A stretch of DNA of 63,687 nucleotides, filler included, from Pelomyxa schiedti (GCA_020536535.1; 18 parts of 18 records of this genome joined end to end with filler, not necessarily neighbours in it), one strand, 5' to 3'. Shown: positions 35,002-47,590, counted from the whole stretch's first letter. Program-made: numbers and translations. The notes: generated by a model from the sequence alone, not told the origin.

Positions 35002-37074
35002 TTAACACAACCACAGGATCATTGATTGTAATATGACGAGTGCACAAGATATGTTGCACACAACAGCTGATACTGATACCCGTATCACAGTCCTCGGGGT
35101 TGTGGCCCCGGACCTTATCACAGGGAGCACGGTGCCCACCGATATTATGGGAGCCACGGCTCCCCACGTGAGTGACATGACCGGGATGGCCATGGAACCC
35201 CGGTCGATGGCCACCATCGACAAGGCAATAGCAGCAGTGATCGATGTGAGTCCCCATTGTATGCAATAGCACCCCTTGTGTGCGAGTTTCTCACTAGTGT
35301 CATCATCAATCTACAGGTGGTGGGAATTCGAATTCGCAGTTGGAATTGGCGTAATTGCGTGCTATACAGATAGGCAAATTTGAATTTGGGGAGAGGAACG
35401 TGTATGGAGATGTACATACTACAGGAAGGGGGATGTGAAGTGTTCCGGCGTGGAGCTTCCGGATGGATTGGATGGAGAACGCCATGGCGGCACTACTGAT
35501 GCACAGGTACACCATTTGGGCGCCAGTCCAAACTGGCCATGTAATTAGCCAGCACTTCCATCCACGCGATGCACACCAGCTGAGTTCTGCTGAGTTTGGT
35601 GGAGACACTTGTAAAAGCAAAGATGTCACAAAACCGGCTGTGCACAGTGTACAGCCTAATAAACCGAACGGAATCATAACTCCTGTTTTGAAAGTGAGAA
35701 AAGAGGTAAAGAAGACAGACCACATACGAATAGGTGTGGAAGATGGCAATAAAAATGGAGTTTTATGGTGAAAAACCATGTAACACATACATGCAATGCA
35801 TGTGATAATGGATGCTAATCCCCCGAAAGGTATTATCGAAATTATCTGTATGATATTAAACTTGAGGATAATAGGTAGGGATTCACAAACTCCGAAAAAA
35901 GCGTTGATAATAAAAAGGGCAATAAGGAAATGTAAATGAAAGTAAGAGTGCATGACCTCCTTTACTTGACCTCCGATAGCAAAGCCACTAGAAGGAAAAT
36001 AAGGATTTAATTGCAAATTTCATTTATTTTAAAAGGCAACCTCCACACCTTTTCAAAAATTGCCTTGTCGGACATTTCCGGGGAGCTGTATACTTTACAT
36101 TCGGTTTTCGGGATGCCAGTAGATAACATCCCAATATAAATCCCTCCCTGGTTACTCCCTCCACGTACCCATCATCTCCTCCATTTATTCCGACCAAATC
36201 CACGCCATCACTGGCTTCCGAATTGAGGCTCTTGCATGACGGCCGCGGAGAAGGAGGTTCCGACCTCACAGATGGACACGGAGACGGCGCTGAAGAAGGA
36301 ACCAGCCTCTCCATCACAGCGGAATCCCCCCCCAAGGCCTTGTCAGCACCATCACCCGCATCCACCAGGGTTCTGCTTCTCACCAAGGAATCCGCGGCTC
36401 CCGACGATTCAGAGCCGGGTGAATGCGGCTCGAAGCGGTAGTGATCCACGCAAGCAGCCACGGCCCTGACCACATGCCTGGGCTCACCATATTTCCCCCA
36501 GAGGCAATCAACCACCTTGGAATCCAACAGTTCCACAACACCATCACCATTATCCTCCCTATTGTCATCCTCATCCTCACCATCACCATCACCATCACCA
36601 TCGCTATCATTGTTGTTATCGGCATCATGGTCCTCACTCCCATTATAGTGCAGGAGGGTCATTTTGTGGGATTCTGGGTGTTTGGCACTATTCCGACTGC
36701 CCACAATGAGGTTTGGACGGCGATGTTTACGGCTATGAGTGGGACGAACAGCATGGCGAGGGGGGTCGCCGACGGGTCGGAGGGGGACCGTCACTTTTGG
36801 CAGGCGGTCGAATATCGAGCCACACGACGCGGCGAACTCGGAGGGCACGATGGATGACACGGACGATGCGCCGCCGCCGTCGTACAGCCGCTGCTGCTGC
36901 TGATGCTTATGGTGGTGATGGTTATTATTCGTGTGCACGTTGTTGGCTAGTACGGCCGCGGTTGGTGTGGCTGCTGCGGGCGCATAGCTGGGCCCAAAGG
37001 GGGGCTCCCCCGACGCGACGGTGACTGGTGCACGTGCGTGCTTGTTGGTGTTCAGCGTGCCGTGAGTAACACAG
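35002..37074 (-). CDS. Multi-pass membrane protein with a long low-complexity N-terminus, multi-exon, 5' end not in the contig
   Basis: ORF 36024-37074 (His/Gln/Asp-rich) is followed by hydrophobic exons at 35440-35880 and 35002-35280. I did not recognise the family. Confidence 0.55.
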
Positions 37075-37174
37075 NNNNNNNNNNNNNNNNNNNNNNNNNN
37101 NNNNNNNNNNNNNNNNNNNNNNNNNNNNNNNNNNNNNNNNNNNNNNNNNNNNNNNNNNNNNNNNNNNNNNNNNN

Positions 37175-37773
37175 CCACATGCCTGGGCTCACCATATTTC
37201 CCCCAGAGGCAATCAACCACCTTGGAATCCAACAGTTCCACAACACCATCACCATTATCCTCCCTATTGTCATCCTCATCCTCACCATCACCATCGCTAT
37301 CATTGTTGTTATCGGCATCATGGTCCTCACTCCCATTATGGTGCAGGAGTGTCATTTTGTGGGATTCTGGGTGTTTGGCACCATTCCGACTGCCCACAAT
37401 GAGGTTTGGACGGCGATGTTTACGGCTATGAGTGGGACGAACAGCATGGCGAGGGGGGTCGCCGACGGGTCGGAGGGGGACCGTTACTTTTGGCAGGCGG
37501 TCGAATATCGAGCCACACGACGCGGCGAACTCGGACGGCACGATGGATGACACGGATGATGCGCCGCCGCCGTCGTACAGCCGCTGCTGCTGCTGATGCT
37601 TATGGTGGTGGGGGTGATGGTTATTATTCGTGTGCACGTTGTTGGCTAGTATGGCCGCGGTTGGTGTGGCTGCTGCGGGCGCATAGCTGGGCCCAAAGGG
37701 GGGCTCCCCCGACGCGACGGTGACTGGTGCACGTGCGTGCTTGTTGGTGTTCAGCGTGCCGTGAGTAACACAG
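37175..37773. repeat. Near-identical duplicate of 36470-37074 across a 100-N gap (probably the alternative haplotype)
   Basis: Both copies end at ...GTAACACAG. They differ by SNPs and in-frame indels. Confidence 0.85.
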
Positions 37774-37987
37774 NNNNNNNNNNNNNNNNNNNNNNNNNNN
37801 NNNNNNNNNNNNNNNNNTTAATTAATTAANNNNNNNNNNNNNNNNNNNNNNNNNNNNNNNNNNNNNNNNNNNNGGCATGAAAATGCAGATGTTTGAGGTG
37901 GTTGCAGAAAGACCAGAAGAGAAGCACCCAAAGTGGGATGGATCACCCAGGTAAACCAAAAGAGCTGTATCTCTGTCGATGAAGGGG

Positions 37988-40753
37988 TCACCACTTTGTT
38001 GTGACTGGAGAGAGAGAACAGTGGAACAATGTGTACACACCTCCCAGACCCAGAGACGCGAGTGACTTGTTCGATTCGAGTGCTCTCGCAATGTTTCTTA
38101 CTATTGCTTCCTCACTCTTAATTCCATTGTCTGAGTTATTTCGTATTGGATAGTCTACCATCATTTGAGAATTGAGAGAGCACAATGGGAACACACGTGA
38201 CATATCCAGAGACACGAGTGACTTGTTCGATTCGAGTGCTCTCGCAATGTTTGTTGCTCCTTCGCTCCCAATTGTGTTGTCTGAGTAATGTTTGATTTGG
38301 AGAGTCAACCACCATCCGAGAATTGAGAGACACCACAACGGAATGATGGGAACACACATGATATATTCAGAGTCACGAGTGACTTGTTCATTGCAAGTGC
38401 TATCGCAATGCTTGCTGCCCCTTCGCTCCCGATATCGTTGTCTGAGTGATTTGTTTTGGAGAGTCAACCATCATCCAAGAATCGAGAAAGAACACAATGG
38501 AATGATTGAAAACGCACATGATATATTCAGAGTCACGAGTGACTTGTTCAGTGCGAGTGCTCTCGCAATGCTTGTTGCTCCTTCGCTCCCAATTTTGTTG
38601 TCTGGGTAATGTTTGATTTGGAGAGTAACCACAGAATTGAGACACCACAACGGAATGATGGGAACACACATGATATATCCAGAGTCATGAGTGACTTGTT
38701 CAGTGCAAGTGCTCTCGCAATGCTTGTTGCTCCTTCGCTCCCAAATTTGGTCCCTGGGGAACGTTTGTTTTGGAGAGTCATCCATCATATGAGAATTGTG
38801 GGAACGTACCTCTAAGATGCAGAGATACGAGTGAGGTGTTCGAGTAGAGTGCTCTTGCAATGCTTGTTGCTCCTACGCTCCCGATAACGGTCCCTGGGGA
38901 ACGTTTGTTTTGGAGAGTCATCCATCATATGAGAATTGTGGGAACGTACCTTTAAGATTCAGTGATACGAGTGAGGTGTTCAATTCGAGTGCTCTCGCAA
39001 TGCTTGTCGCTCCTTCGCTCCCAATACCGCTGACTAAGTGATTTTGTTTTGGAGAGTCAACCATCATCTGAGAATCGAGAGAGAATACAAAGGATGATTG
39101 AAACGCACATGATATATCCAGTGACACGAGTGACTTATTCAATTCGAGTGCTCTCGCAATGCTTGTTGCTCCCTCCTTCTCAATTTTTGGGTTGTCTGGG
39201 TGATTTTGTTTTGGAGAGTAAACCACAATCCGAGAATCGAGAGAGAGAATAATGGGAGAACACCTGATATGTTCAGAGTCACGAGTGACTTGTTCGATTC
39301 AAGTGCTCTCGCAATGCTTGTTGCTCCCTCGTTCCCAATCTCATTGTCTAAGTAATTTTGGAGAGTCAACCATCATCCGAGAATCGAGAGAGAACACAAT
39401 GGAGTGATTGGAAACGCACATGATATATCCAGAGACACGAGTGACTTGTTCAATTCGAGTGCTCTTGCAATGTCGGTGGCACCTTCATTCCAAATTCGGT
39501 TTCCTGAGTCGTTTTGGAGAGTCAATCACCATCCGAGAATCGAGAGAGAACACAATGGGAGAACACCTGATATATTCAGAGACACGAGTGACTTGTTCGA
39601 TTCGAGTGCTCTCGCAATGCTTGTTGCTCCCTCACTCCAAATTTTGTTGTCTGGGGAATATTGAGTCAACCATAATCCGAGAATCGAGACAGAACACAAT
39701 GGGAACATACCCGGCATCTTCAAAGACACGAGTGACTTGTTCGATTCGAGTGCTCTCGCAATGCTTGTTGCTCCCTCACTCCCAATGTCGTCGACTGAGT
39801 TATTTCGTTTTGGAGAGTCAACCAGCATTTGAGAATTGAAAACACACTTGATATATCCAGAGACACGAGTGACTTGTTCGACTCGAGAGCGATCGCAATG
39901 CCTGCTGCCCCCTCATTCCAAATTCGGTTGCCTGAGTTATTTCATTTTGGAGAGTCAACCATGATCCCAGTATTGAGAGAGAACCAAGAGAGAGAGAGTA
40001 ATGGGAGCACCTGAAATATTCAGAGACACGAGTGACTTGTTCGATACAAGTGCTCTCGCAATACTTGCTGCTCCCTCCCTCCCAATGTAGTTGCCTGAGT
40101 TATTTCGTTTTGGAGAGTCAACCATCATCCAAGAATCGAGAGAGAATACAATGTAACGATGGGAACACACCTCCTATATTCAAAGATACGAGTGACTCGT
40201 TCAATTCGAGTGCTCTCGCAATGCCGGTTGCTCCCTCAGTCTTAATAAGGTTGCCTGAATTATTTCGTTTGAGAGACATTCGAGACTTGAGATAGAACAG
40301 AATGGGACGAAGGCACATACCATAGAGATCCAGAGACACTAGGGACTTGTTCAATTCGAGTGCCCTCCCGATGCTTGTTGCTCCCGCGAGCCCAATTTTG
40401 CACTCAAACCGCAGGTGCCTACAAGTACAGTGTGGACTTGCAAGCTCCGCACACACGCTCTCAAGGTTAAAAGTGGAACCTTTGGGGAAAAAGTGGTCAC
40501 TTTGTAAGAGACTGCTGCCCCGAGAGGATGCGAGGAGGGACACAGCGAGGACCGACTTGGCCACCGCGCCTTTGCTGGGGGTTGTTGTGGCGGGGTGATG
40601 GGATTCCGCGTCAATGGATGATTGTTCGGCTCCCTTCGAGTCAGTTGGACAAATAATAATAAATGGGCACAAATCCGCTGTGTACCATGGCATGTTGTGT
40701 CCAGTAAACGACGACGGGAAGAATAAAATGCAATGAATGTCTCCGGACCGCAC
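37988..40753 (-). CDS. RI/NLRC3-like leucine-rich repeat protein, 16 LRRs, one repeat per exon
   Basis: Consensus xNxIGSEGATSIARALESNKSLVSLxIS. Exons are mostly 84 nt and phase 1, separated by roughly 56-77-nt GT-AG introns. Both termini are uncertain. Confidence 0.9.
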
Positions 40754-40859
40754 CGTTCTGGTCCTTTGATTATTTTATAATGACAGACCCCAAAGGCCCG
40801 TTTAGCCACCCCAGAAGGGACTGACTGTACACAGACAGAAGGCGTTTTTGGGTAGCAAT

Positions 40860-41790
40860 TCTGGGGGCCTAGCTCCTGTAGCGGGTCATGGTGGCTGGGT
40901 GGTGCACAAGTCTGCACTGTTGGGTGCAACTTGTGGCAGGGGTAGTTGTGGTGAGGTGTTGCAGACACCAATTGGCATCCAGAAGGAGTATTCCCCATTG
41001 TTGCCATGGGGACAGAAGTGGTCATTTCCGGCACTACCAGCATGCACTCTACAATGACATTAGCACGGAAATGCTAGACACTCATATGGGAAGCTCAGGA
41101 AATCACTGGAACAAATCCAAAGCTACATCACATGAGAATATTATTTTCACTTCAATTTACAATTAGTTTATTCATTTCATTTATTAGCTTTCAATTGTGT
41201 TGTAAATGCTCTTTAGTGCTATTTTGTTCATGGAATTCCACTCTACAAAATAGATATTGTGGATTGAGGTAAGGAACACTCACCTGGAATTCTATTTGTG
41301 CTCTGTGTGTACCCATGACTTGGAATTTTTGTTTTATTATGGGTGGATCATGGGAACACAGAAGCGATGGTGTGACCCTGTGACAGACCTCAGCATTGCA
41401 TATTGCTGTCCCATCACACCTGGAAAATCGTTTTTGACCTCCTGGATGTTATTTTGCCCTGCAAAACGTTATTTTGGCAAACAAATTTCACCCTTATCTC
41501 ATTGTATGCAAGTCCTACATTGTTCTGCAGCTTCAAAGCAATCTTATTTTTCGTTAGTCAGCTGCACAAGCAATGAATGCGATCTCCAAGCAACTGTGTT
41601 GCCTAACATTGTTGCCAGAGATAAAGAATGCATGGCTTTCACGCAGGGCCGATATGCATTGGAGGTCAGTCCTCGAATTACAACAGAGTTTGGCCAGCAA
41701 ATCTGAAGCACAGCAGAGTTCCTCCACCATTCCAGGTTTCCTTTCCTGGTTATTCTGGTGGTATCACCAGAATAACTTATTCCATTGCGG
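40860..41790. repeat. Dispersed repeat, copy 2 (homologous to 16310-17030)
   Basis: Same homology blocks as described for copy 1. Confidence 0.85.
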
Positions 41791-42660
41791 CTTCGAAAAA
41801 TGTGAAATGCCTTTGAGAATAGTGCCTCTTCCAGTGTCAGGTAAGAATAATCTCCACCTAATAAATGAACCTAAATCCACCACAAAAATAATTGCCAACA
41901 CCTGTCAGGGCGTGCTGAGAGTTAGATTTGTTTGAAAAAATGCTGTTAGGTTTGTTTTTAAAAGCACAGTGAAAAAGTTTTTTTTATTTCATTTCCAGCT
42001 GTGGTTTACTCCCTTGGAGGCTTGCTTGGGAGTGGCAGTCTCAGAGAATTCAAAGGAGATGTGGGGGCTGTGGGTGGTGTGTTTGTTGCAGGAGTTGGAA
42101 TTTCTGAGGGACTTGTCCTTAATTGGTTATGAAGTGGAATTGGTGTGTGTTTCAGCTGTTTTTGCAGGAGTGTTACATGAGCCTGTTGATGATGTGTCAA
42201 ATGGGTGGGATAACTTTGGATAATCCAAAGACGTGGGGGCTGTTTGTGTGTTCGGAGGCACAGAAGTCATTGAGGAGTTTGGCAACAGTTGTTGTTCATG
42301 CCGAGGAATTTCTTCAATTGGTGGTGTTGGAATCACTGAAGGGGTCTGTGCAGAGTTTATGGGTGATCTCTGGAAGTTATTCTCGAAGTATTCTTTGCCT
42401 GTGGCAAGAGCCATTGCATTCGGGTGTGACCCTTTTTGAGAGGGATGGAGGGAAGATTCAGTGGATGGTGGAATATGGATATTTCATAACTGAGGGGGCG
42501 ATCATGTGAATCAAGAATCTCAATGGGAATTTCAAAAAGGTCATCAGGGAGAGTGTTTCCNNNNNNNNNNNNNNNNNNNNNNNNNNNNNNNNNNNNNNNN
42601 NNNNTTAATTAATTAANNNNNNNNNNNNNNNNNNNNNNNNNNNNNNNNNNNNNNNNNNNN

Positions 42661-43115
42661 ACTTCACTATTGAGGAGGGAACTGGGAAACTTGGCAGAGC
42701 ATTCCCAGAAAGCAGGACATACACCAAGCGTGTGTCACAGGTGAATCAGTCGCAGTTCGGTGTTATGGATGACAGTTCCGACTCTGAAGAGCATTCAGTC
42801 TGGGATGCAAACAACGCAGGCAAGCCAGACTGGGGACCGGAATGTCAGAGTGGGCACGCTGAAGGCTATTCAGTCTGGGATGTGAACAACGCAAGCAAAC
42901 CAGTCAGGGAAAGGGAATGCCTGAGTGGGTGCACCACAAATCAGGCTTTCATTGAGGGTGGCCTGCTTTTCCAGTTAAGTGAGGCACGAAAAGAAATACA
43001 CGTGACGGAGGAGGCAACTGGTGTGCACGTCATCACCCTCAACCTGTTTAGTTCACTTCGCAGAATCACATCCCACTTCTCCTTCTCTCTCACTGACTCT
43101 CAATTTGATTTCTGA
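42661..43115 (+). CDS. Expanded family 1 protein, C-terminal fragment with an internal 25-aa duplication
   Basis: VSQVNQSQFGV, HSVWDANNAGKP..ECQSG / YSVWDVNNASKP..ECLSG, then IEGGLLF..VTEEATG. Confidence 0.7.
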
Positions 43116-43260
43116 GCTGCAAAAAACCCTCACAACCAACAGAACCAATGGTTGTGTATTACCTCTTTTGGCGTAGTGCCTGTTGGCTCTATGCTGCCAT
43201 CAAAAATCAATCGACTTATTGTATTCGAGGAACCAAATCCGATCTGATTTGGTTGTGGCG

Positions 43261-43742
43261 ATGAAGCATACCCAAAGCGTAGTCGTGGGGAGCCCCACCG
43301 CGAGCGAGTTCCACCCACCATCAACATATAACAAACAGAGGATCTTGGTGCTCTCCCGGATCGTGTGGGAGCAAGTGGTTGTGCCCTGGGTCCTGCCCAA
43401 AGCGGCGGCTCCTCACAAGGCGTGCCGCGACTACGACTGGCTCCCGCGGCCCACGGTGGTGTCGTGCGTGTTCGCCACGGCCGAGGCGATGTTCCCCCTC
43501 GTGGCCCTGGCCTCCCGCGCCGTGCTGCTGTTGCACAGCAAGTGTCATGGCAATAAGTCGCGGCACTACCTCTCGGTCGAGGCGGCGGCCGGGGCGCTCA
43601 GCCCGAGGTGCGTCGTGTGGCTCATCAGAAGCAAGTCGAGGAGGATGGCGATGGGGACGGGGTGCTGGTGGGAGACAGAGGTGGATGCGAGTCGTGACAG
43701 AAATGCCCGGCTGCCGTCGCCGACGCTGACGTCATCGTCAGC
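43261..43742 (+). CDS. Expanded family 2 protein, N-terminal fragment
   Basis: ILVLSRIVWEQVV..AEAMFPLVALASRAVL matches SISRLVWDHV..AEALFPLVPRACRAVL at 10791. Confidence 0.75.
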
Positions 43743-43842
43743 NNNNNNNNNNNNNNNNNNNNNNNNNNNNNNNNNNNNNNNNNNNNTTAATTAATTAANN
43801 NNNNNNNNNNNNNNNNNNNNNNNNNNNNNNNNNNNNNNNNNN

Positions 43843-45109
43843 AACCACACCAACACTGAGGCCGGCGAGATTCGCCGCGCACAGAAGGAATTCATCGTGG
43901 TGCTGAGGGGGCTGTGCTGTGGTGGCCACTTGGAAATGGCCAAGAGGCTGGTTGATGGTTGTGGTTGTGATTGTGATTGTGATGGTGGTAACTGGCCTGT
44001 GGGGATCTCGTGGCCAGTGAGTGAGATTCGTGGGCTTGCAGGGGGGAGTGACCTCAGGGATCACGTGAGGGCTTGCGACGTGCTGACGAGTGTGTGCAGG
44101 CATGGGCAGCTGGAAGTTTTGTGGTGGATGGTTGACAGGTTCGACATAAGGGAACCTTGGGAGTTTGTTGTCCCGCTTGTTGGTGCTGCGTCGGGGGGAC
44201 ACATCGAGGTGATGCAGTGGATTGTGGACACTTACCCGGACGTGGTGCCTGCGATCCGCAAACACGAAGCTTGGGTGGAAATTCACAAGGGCGCGTGCAA
44301 GAGCGGGGACTTGGCTGTTATAAAGTGGTGCTCTGTGACTTTCTCAATGCCGTACAGCTTTGGGTGGTTTCTCCGTTATTTTGACTGGACCCCAGCAGAG
44401 AGTGCCGAGGTTCGCCAGTACCTCAACGATCACTCCCCTCCTCCTGCAGATTATACTCCAGGTTCCATTTTCTTTGGCTCAGTTTACACTGTGGAGCGTC
44501 TAAAGTGGGTGGGATCAGAACGCCTTGGCGTCGTATTCAATGAGGATGATCTCCAGTATATTTGTCAGGTGTCGAAATGGAATGATGTGGCCAAGTGGGT
44601 TGTCGAGGAGCACCATGTTCGCCCAACTCCTGCAACATTCTCTTCAGCCTGTACAAACTACCATGGTAACGTACAACTTGTTCAATGGTTAGCGCCACAA
44701 GTGCACCTTTCATATGATGACCTCTTTGCCTGCTTCATAGATTCCCTGGCAAACAACCAACTGGAAATTGCATCCGGGTTGAATAATTCCTTCCACATTT
44801 TGTCACAGGCGGCATCCACGCCTGATTCGATCCTTGCCAGGGTGTGCAGAAAAAGAGTTCATGGAGAAAAAGTGGAGGCTGTGAAATGGCTTCTAGATCA
44901 TACAGCACTGGCAAAGGTGGAAGAAACGCTTTGGATTGAAGACTCTGTGTTGGAACTTCTGTTTGAAAGGCACTTGTCAAAAACGCCGTTCTTCATCATG
45001 AAGAAGTTCCATACAATCATTAAAGAACCAAAGCGCAGTGAGCTCCTAGTTGCTGTACTGAAAGAGATTGTTAAATCTGGCACCCTCACACAAGTTAAAA
45101 AGATTATTG
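43843..45109 (+). CDS. Expanded family 2 ankyrin-like protein, internal fragment, intronless
   Basis: VLRGLCCGGHL, VCRHGQLEVLWW, AASGGHIEVMQW and ACKSGDLAVIKW; open across the whole contig. Confidence 0.8.
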
Positions 45110-45209
45110 NNNNNNNNNNNNNNNNNNNNNNNNNNNNNNNNNNNNNNNNNNNNTTAATTAATTAANNNNNNNNNNNNNNNNNNNNNNNNNNNNNNNNNNN
45201 NNNNNNNNN

Positions 45210-45740
45210 TCACCACTGTGTGATGATCATCTTGTGATATTTCCGTCTTATGGCTGTTCTGTGCTTGTTTCTGATTTGTCTGCCACCTTCAAATCAGGTT
45301 CACTTGTGATCACTTCCAGAGTTTCCTGTGAATATTTGCCTCTCAATGTGGTGTGGATGCCTGATGGATCGCTGTGCTCATTGCATTGCACTTCCCCTGC
45401 ATCTGTCCACCTTGTCGATGCAACACTCCACAAGAGGATGCATGAATTTCCAGAGGGCCACCAAGTGACCCCAATCAGCAGCACTCAGGTGGTTGTTGTA
45501 CCTTCAAAAAGAGAGGTCCATACATTCTCTGTTTATTACACTGGGGATCTCTCATCGCCAACACTTTGTGTTCCCTGCACGTGGGCATCTCCAGAAGGCA
45601 GGTGTCAGTCAGGACTCATTCTTTCAACAACACAGGAGTTGCATTCGAGAAAACATCCACCACATGTTTTCACACTCTATGATGGTGTCAGTGGTTGTGT
45701 ACTTGGTTCTTTCTCTGTTCCTCAACACTTGTTCTTCTGA
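45210..45740 (+). CDS. Hypothetical beta-rich protein, C-terminal fragment (related to 6577-7551)
   Basis: TFSVY..SGLIL..LYDGVSGCVLGSF. Confidence 0.55.
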   Translation, partial: SPLCDDHLVIFPSYGCSVLVSDLSATFKSGSLVITSRVSCEYLPLNVVWMPDGSLCSLHCTSPASVHLVDATLHKRMHEFPEGHQVTPISSTQVVVVPSKREVHTFSVYYTGDLSSPTLCVPCTWASPEGRCQSGLILSTTQELHSRKHPPHVFTLYDGVSGCVLGSFSVPQHLFF

Positions 45741-45893
45741 AAACGAAATGATAGATTCTGTTGTTTTCTGATCACTTGCTACAGAGAAATAATAATCATG
45801 GGACAGTGACGCTGTGTCATGAGGTGCTCCACAACCCTGAGGCATGCTCACCATCATTAGGTAGTGGGAAGATCAAGGCAGGAGGCACACACT

Positions 45894-46420
45894 TCAAAGT
45901 AGTGAGGATGGTCGAAAATAGATTCCAAGGTTGAATGAAATACCCAAGTGAAAAGTGTTGATGCCATCGTGAAGTGAGAACACAACACATGGTGTTTTGC
46001 AGGATTTCAAGTCATGAGTGGTTGAAGGAATGAGCCCTGATCGATTGATTCCGCAATGAGAATCACGACTGAAACCCCTCAAATCGAAACAAACAACAAA
46101 CAAACAGAATGATCATTGTGCTTGTTCTCTGTCTTTGTCGTCACACGAACTACACATCCCCACAGAAGCACACACTTGAACTGCTTGTTCCAGACAAAAC
46201 ACCAAGACACAGTCATCACACAAGGGTGAGAACTCCACAGCTGGGCTGTCCCAGTGACCCAGACAGGATCACGCTTGGCAACACTGGTGTTCTGTCACCT
46301 TCGACCTTCCAGACTTGCATTTCAGTGTTTCCCAAAACCAGCAACACAATCCACAACAGAGACATCGAACCTGATTCCGCCGCCCAACAGCAACATTGAT
46401 TCACCACATTCAATCAGGGA
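45894..46420 (-). pseudogene. Broken remnant of the same beta-rich family
   Basis: Fragments MQVWKVEG and RSGLIPSTTHDL..VFSLHDGINTFHLG lie in separate short ORFs and parallel QSGLILSTTQEL..VFTLYDGVSG at 45600-45700. Confidence 0.45.
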
Positions 46421-46592
46421 AAAAGACCAAATTGCAAGACTAGATTGGTTCCGAACACTGTCACCCAATTGACAAAGACTGTTTATCAGGTGGGGTTAAT
46501 GTAAGTTATATCTGAACCCTACTGGGGTGGCCAAGTGCTTACCTTGGACGCTTTTTTCCAGAAAGTAATCAAAAAGTCTTCGACGGTGCTGG

Positions 46593-46952
46593 ATGGGACA
46601 GCACCAAAGCCAAACGACGACGGCAACAACAACTACGACTACTACGACTTCGGCCAAGTCACAAGTGATCGCTGTGTGCTGTTGCTGTGTCACAAGGTGC
46701 TCCGGAAACTGCAGTCCCACAATGCAGGAATGGGCACGCTCACCGCCCCTCATCAGGCAGTGGGCCCGCGACTGGGTCCTGTGGCCCCAGAGGGACGCGG
46801 TGTTCGAGCTGCCGGTGTGGCGCCACAACAACCTGGCAACCAGGCTGTGCCTGGCCGTCAGTGTGTCGCCGACGCTCGGTGTTGTCACTTGGTCGGTGTT
46901 CAGGTGCGATTACTGCGTCGTGATGGGGTGCGTGGGGACCAGCGCGATCCTG
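46593..46952 (+). CDS. Expanded family 1 protein, N-terminal fragment
   Basis: SAKSQVIAV..RC..SP..W..WV..VSVSPTLGVV. Confidence 0.65.
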
Positions 46953-47052
46953 NNNNNNNNNNNNNNNNNNNNNNNNNNNNNNNNNNNNNNNNNNNNTTAA
47001 TTAATTAANNNNNNNNNNNNNNNNNNNNNNNNNNNNNNNNNNNNNNNNNNNN

Positions 47053-47223
47053 TGGCTTCCTTCCAACCTTGGCGACAAAAAACGCAAAAACTGGACGGCT
47101 GAGGGCCAAAGCGAAGGGTGGAAAGCGGAGCTGACCCAAAGGGGTTGGCTGCCGCGGGGGCAAGTTCTCCTGGACCAGCGGCAGATTCGTCGCTTTTTGG
47201 TCGCCAAGGTTGGAAGGAAGCCA
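47053..47223. mobile_element. MITE-like element, about 171 bp, with terminal inverted repeats (24 bp perfect, about 29 bp imperfect)
   Basis: TGGCTTCCTTCCAACCTTGGCGAC at 47053-47076 has its exact reverse complement GTCGCCAAGGTTGGAAGGAAGCCA at 47200-47223. The interior is non-coding and the contig breaks at the left end. Confidence 0.7.
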
Positions 47224-47590
47224 AAAGTAACCGATTGCTGTTTGCTGTAGGTAACCCAAGAACAAAAACACAAGCGACAAAAAACACAGAAATAAAGAGA
47301 AAAAAGTATTTTTTTTCTGGAACAGTTTTTTTTCTACTGGCCCAGATTAAGTTAAAACCACCAACAAACGAAGCTGGCTGGGTTGGCAAATCTTAGTTGT
47401 GCCTCTTAAAAGCAAAGTTAGGGGTGGCAGTTTTTTGAGAGCCAATCAATCCAATAGTGTGCAGCTGTGGCTTCCACAACATCTTGCAGGTGCTCTGCAA
47501 CCCGTACATCATCACAAGGAAGGTTACGAAGTTTTTCCAGATCTTCATTTGTCAACCCTTCAACCTGGTCAGCAATACGCTTTATCTGTG

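Noticed and set aside
36024-37773. 537-aa ORF with an internal tandem duplication
   Set aside because: The ORF runs through a 100-N gap and both copies end at the same base. It is most likely two haplotypes scaffolded in tandem.
38041-40400. CRISPR array (regularly spaced repeats with variable spacers)
   Set aside because: The conserved parts translate as LRRs, and the spacers are mutually homologous GT-AG introns. No cas genes are present.
41969-42560. Pro/Thr-rich minus-strand ORFs as a retroelement gag
   Set aside because: No zinc knuckle or other diagnostic motif, and the region is truncated by the contig end.
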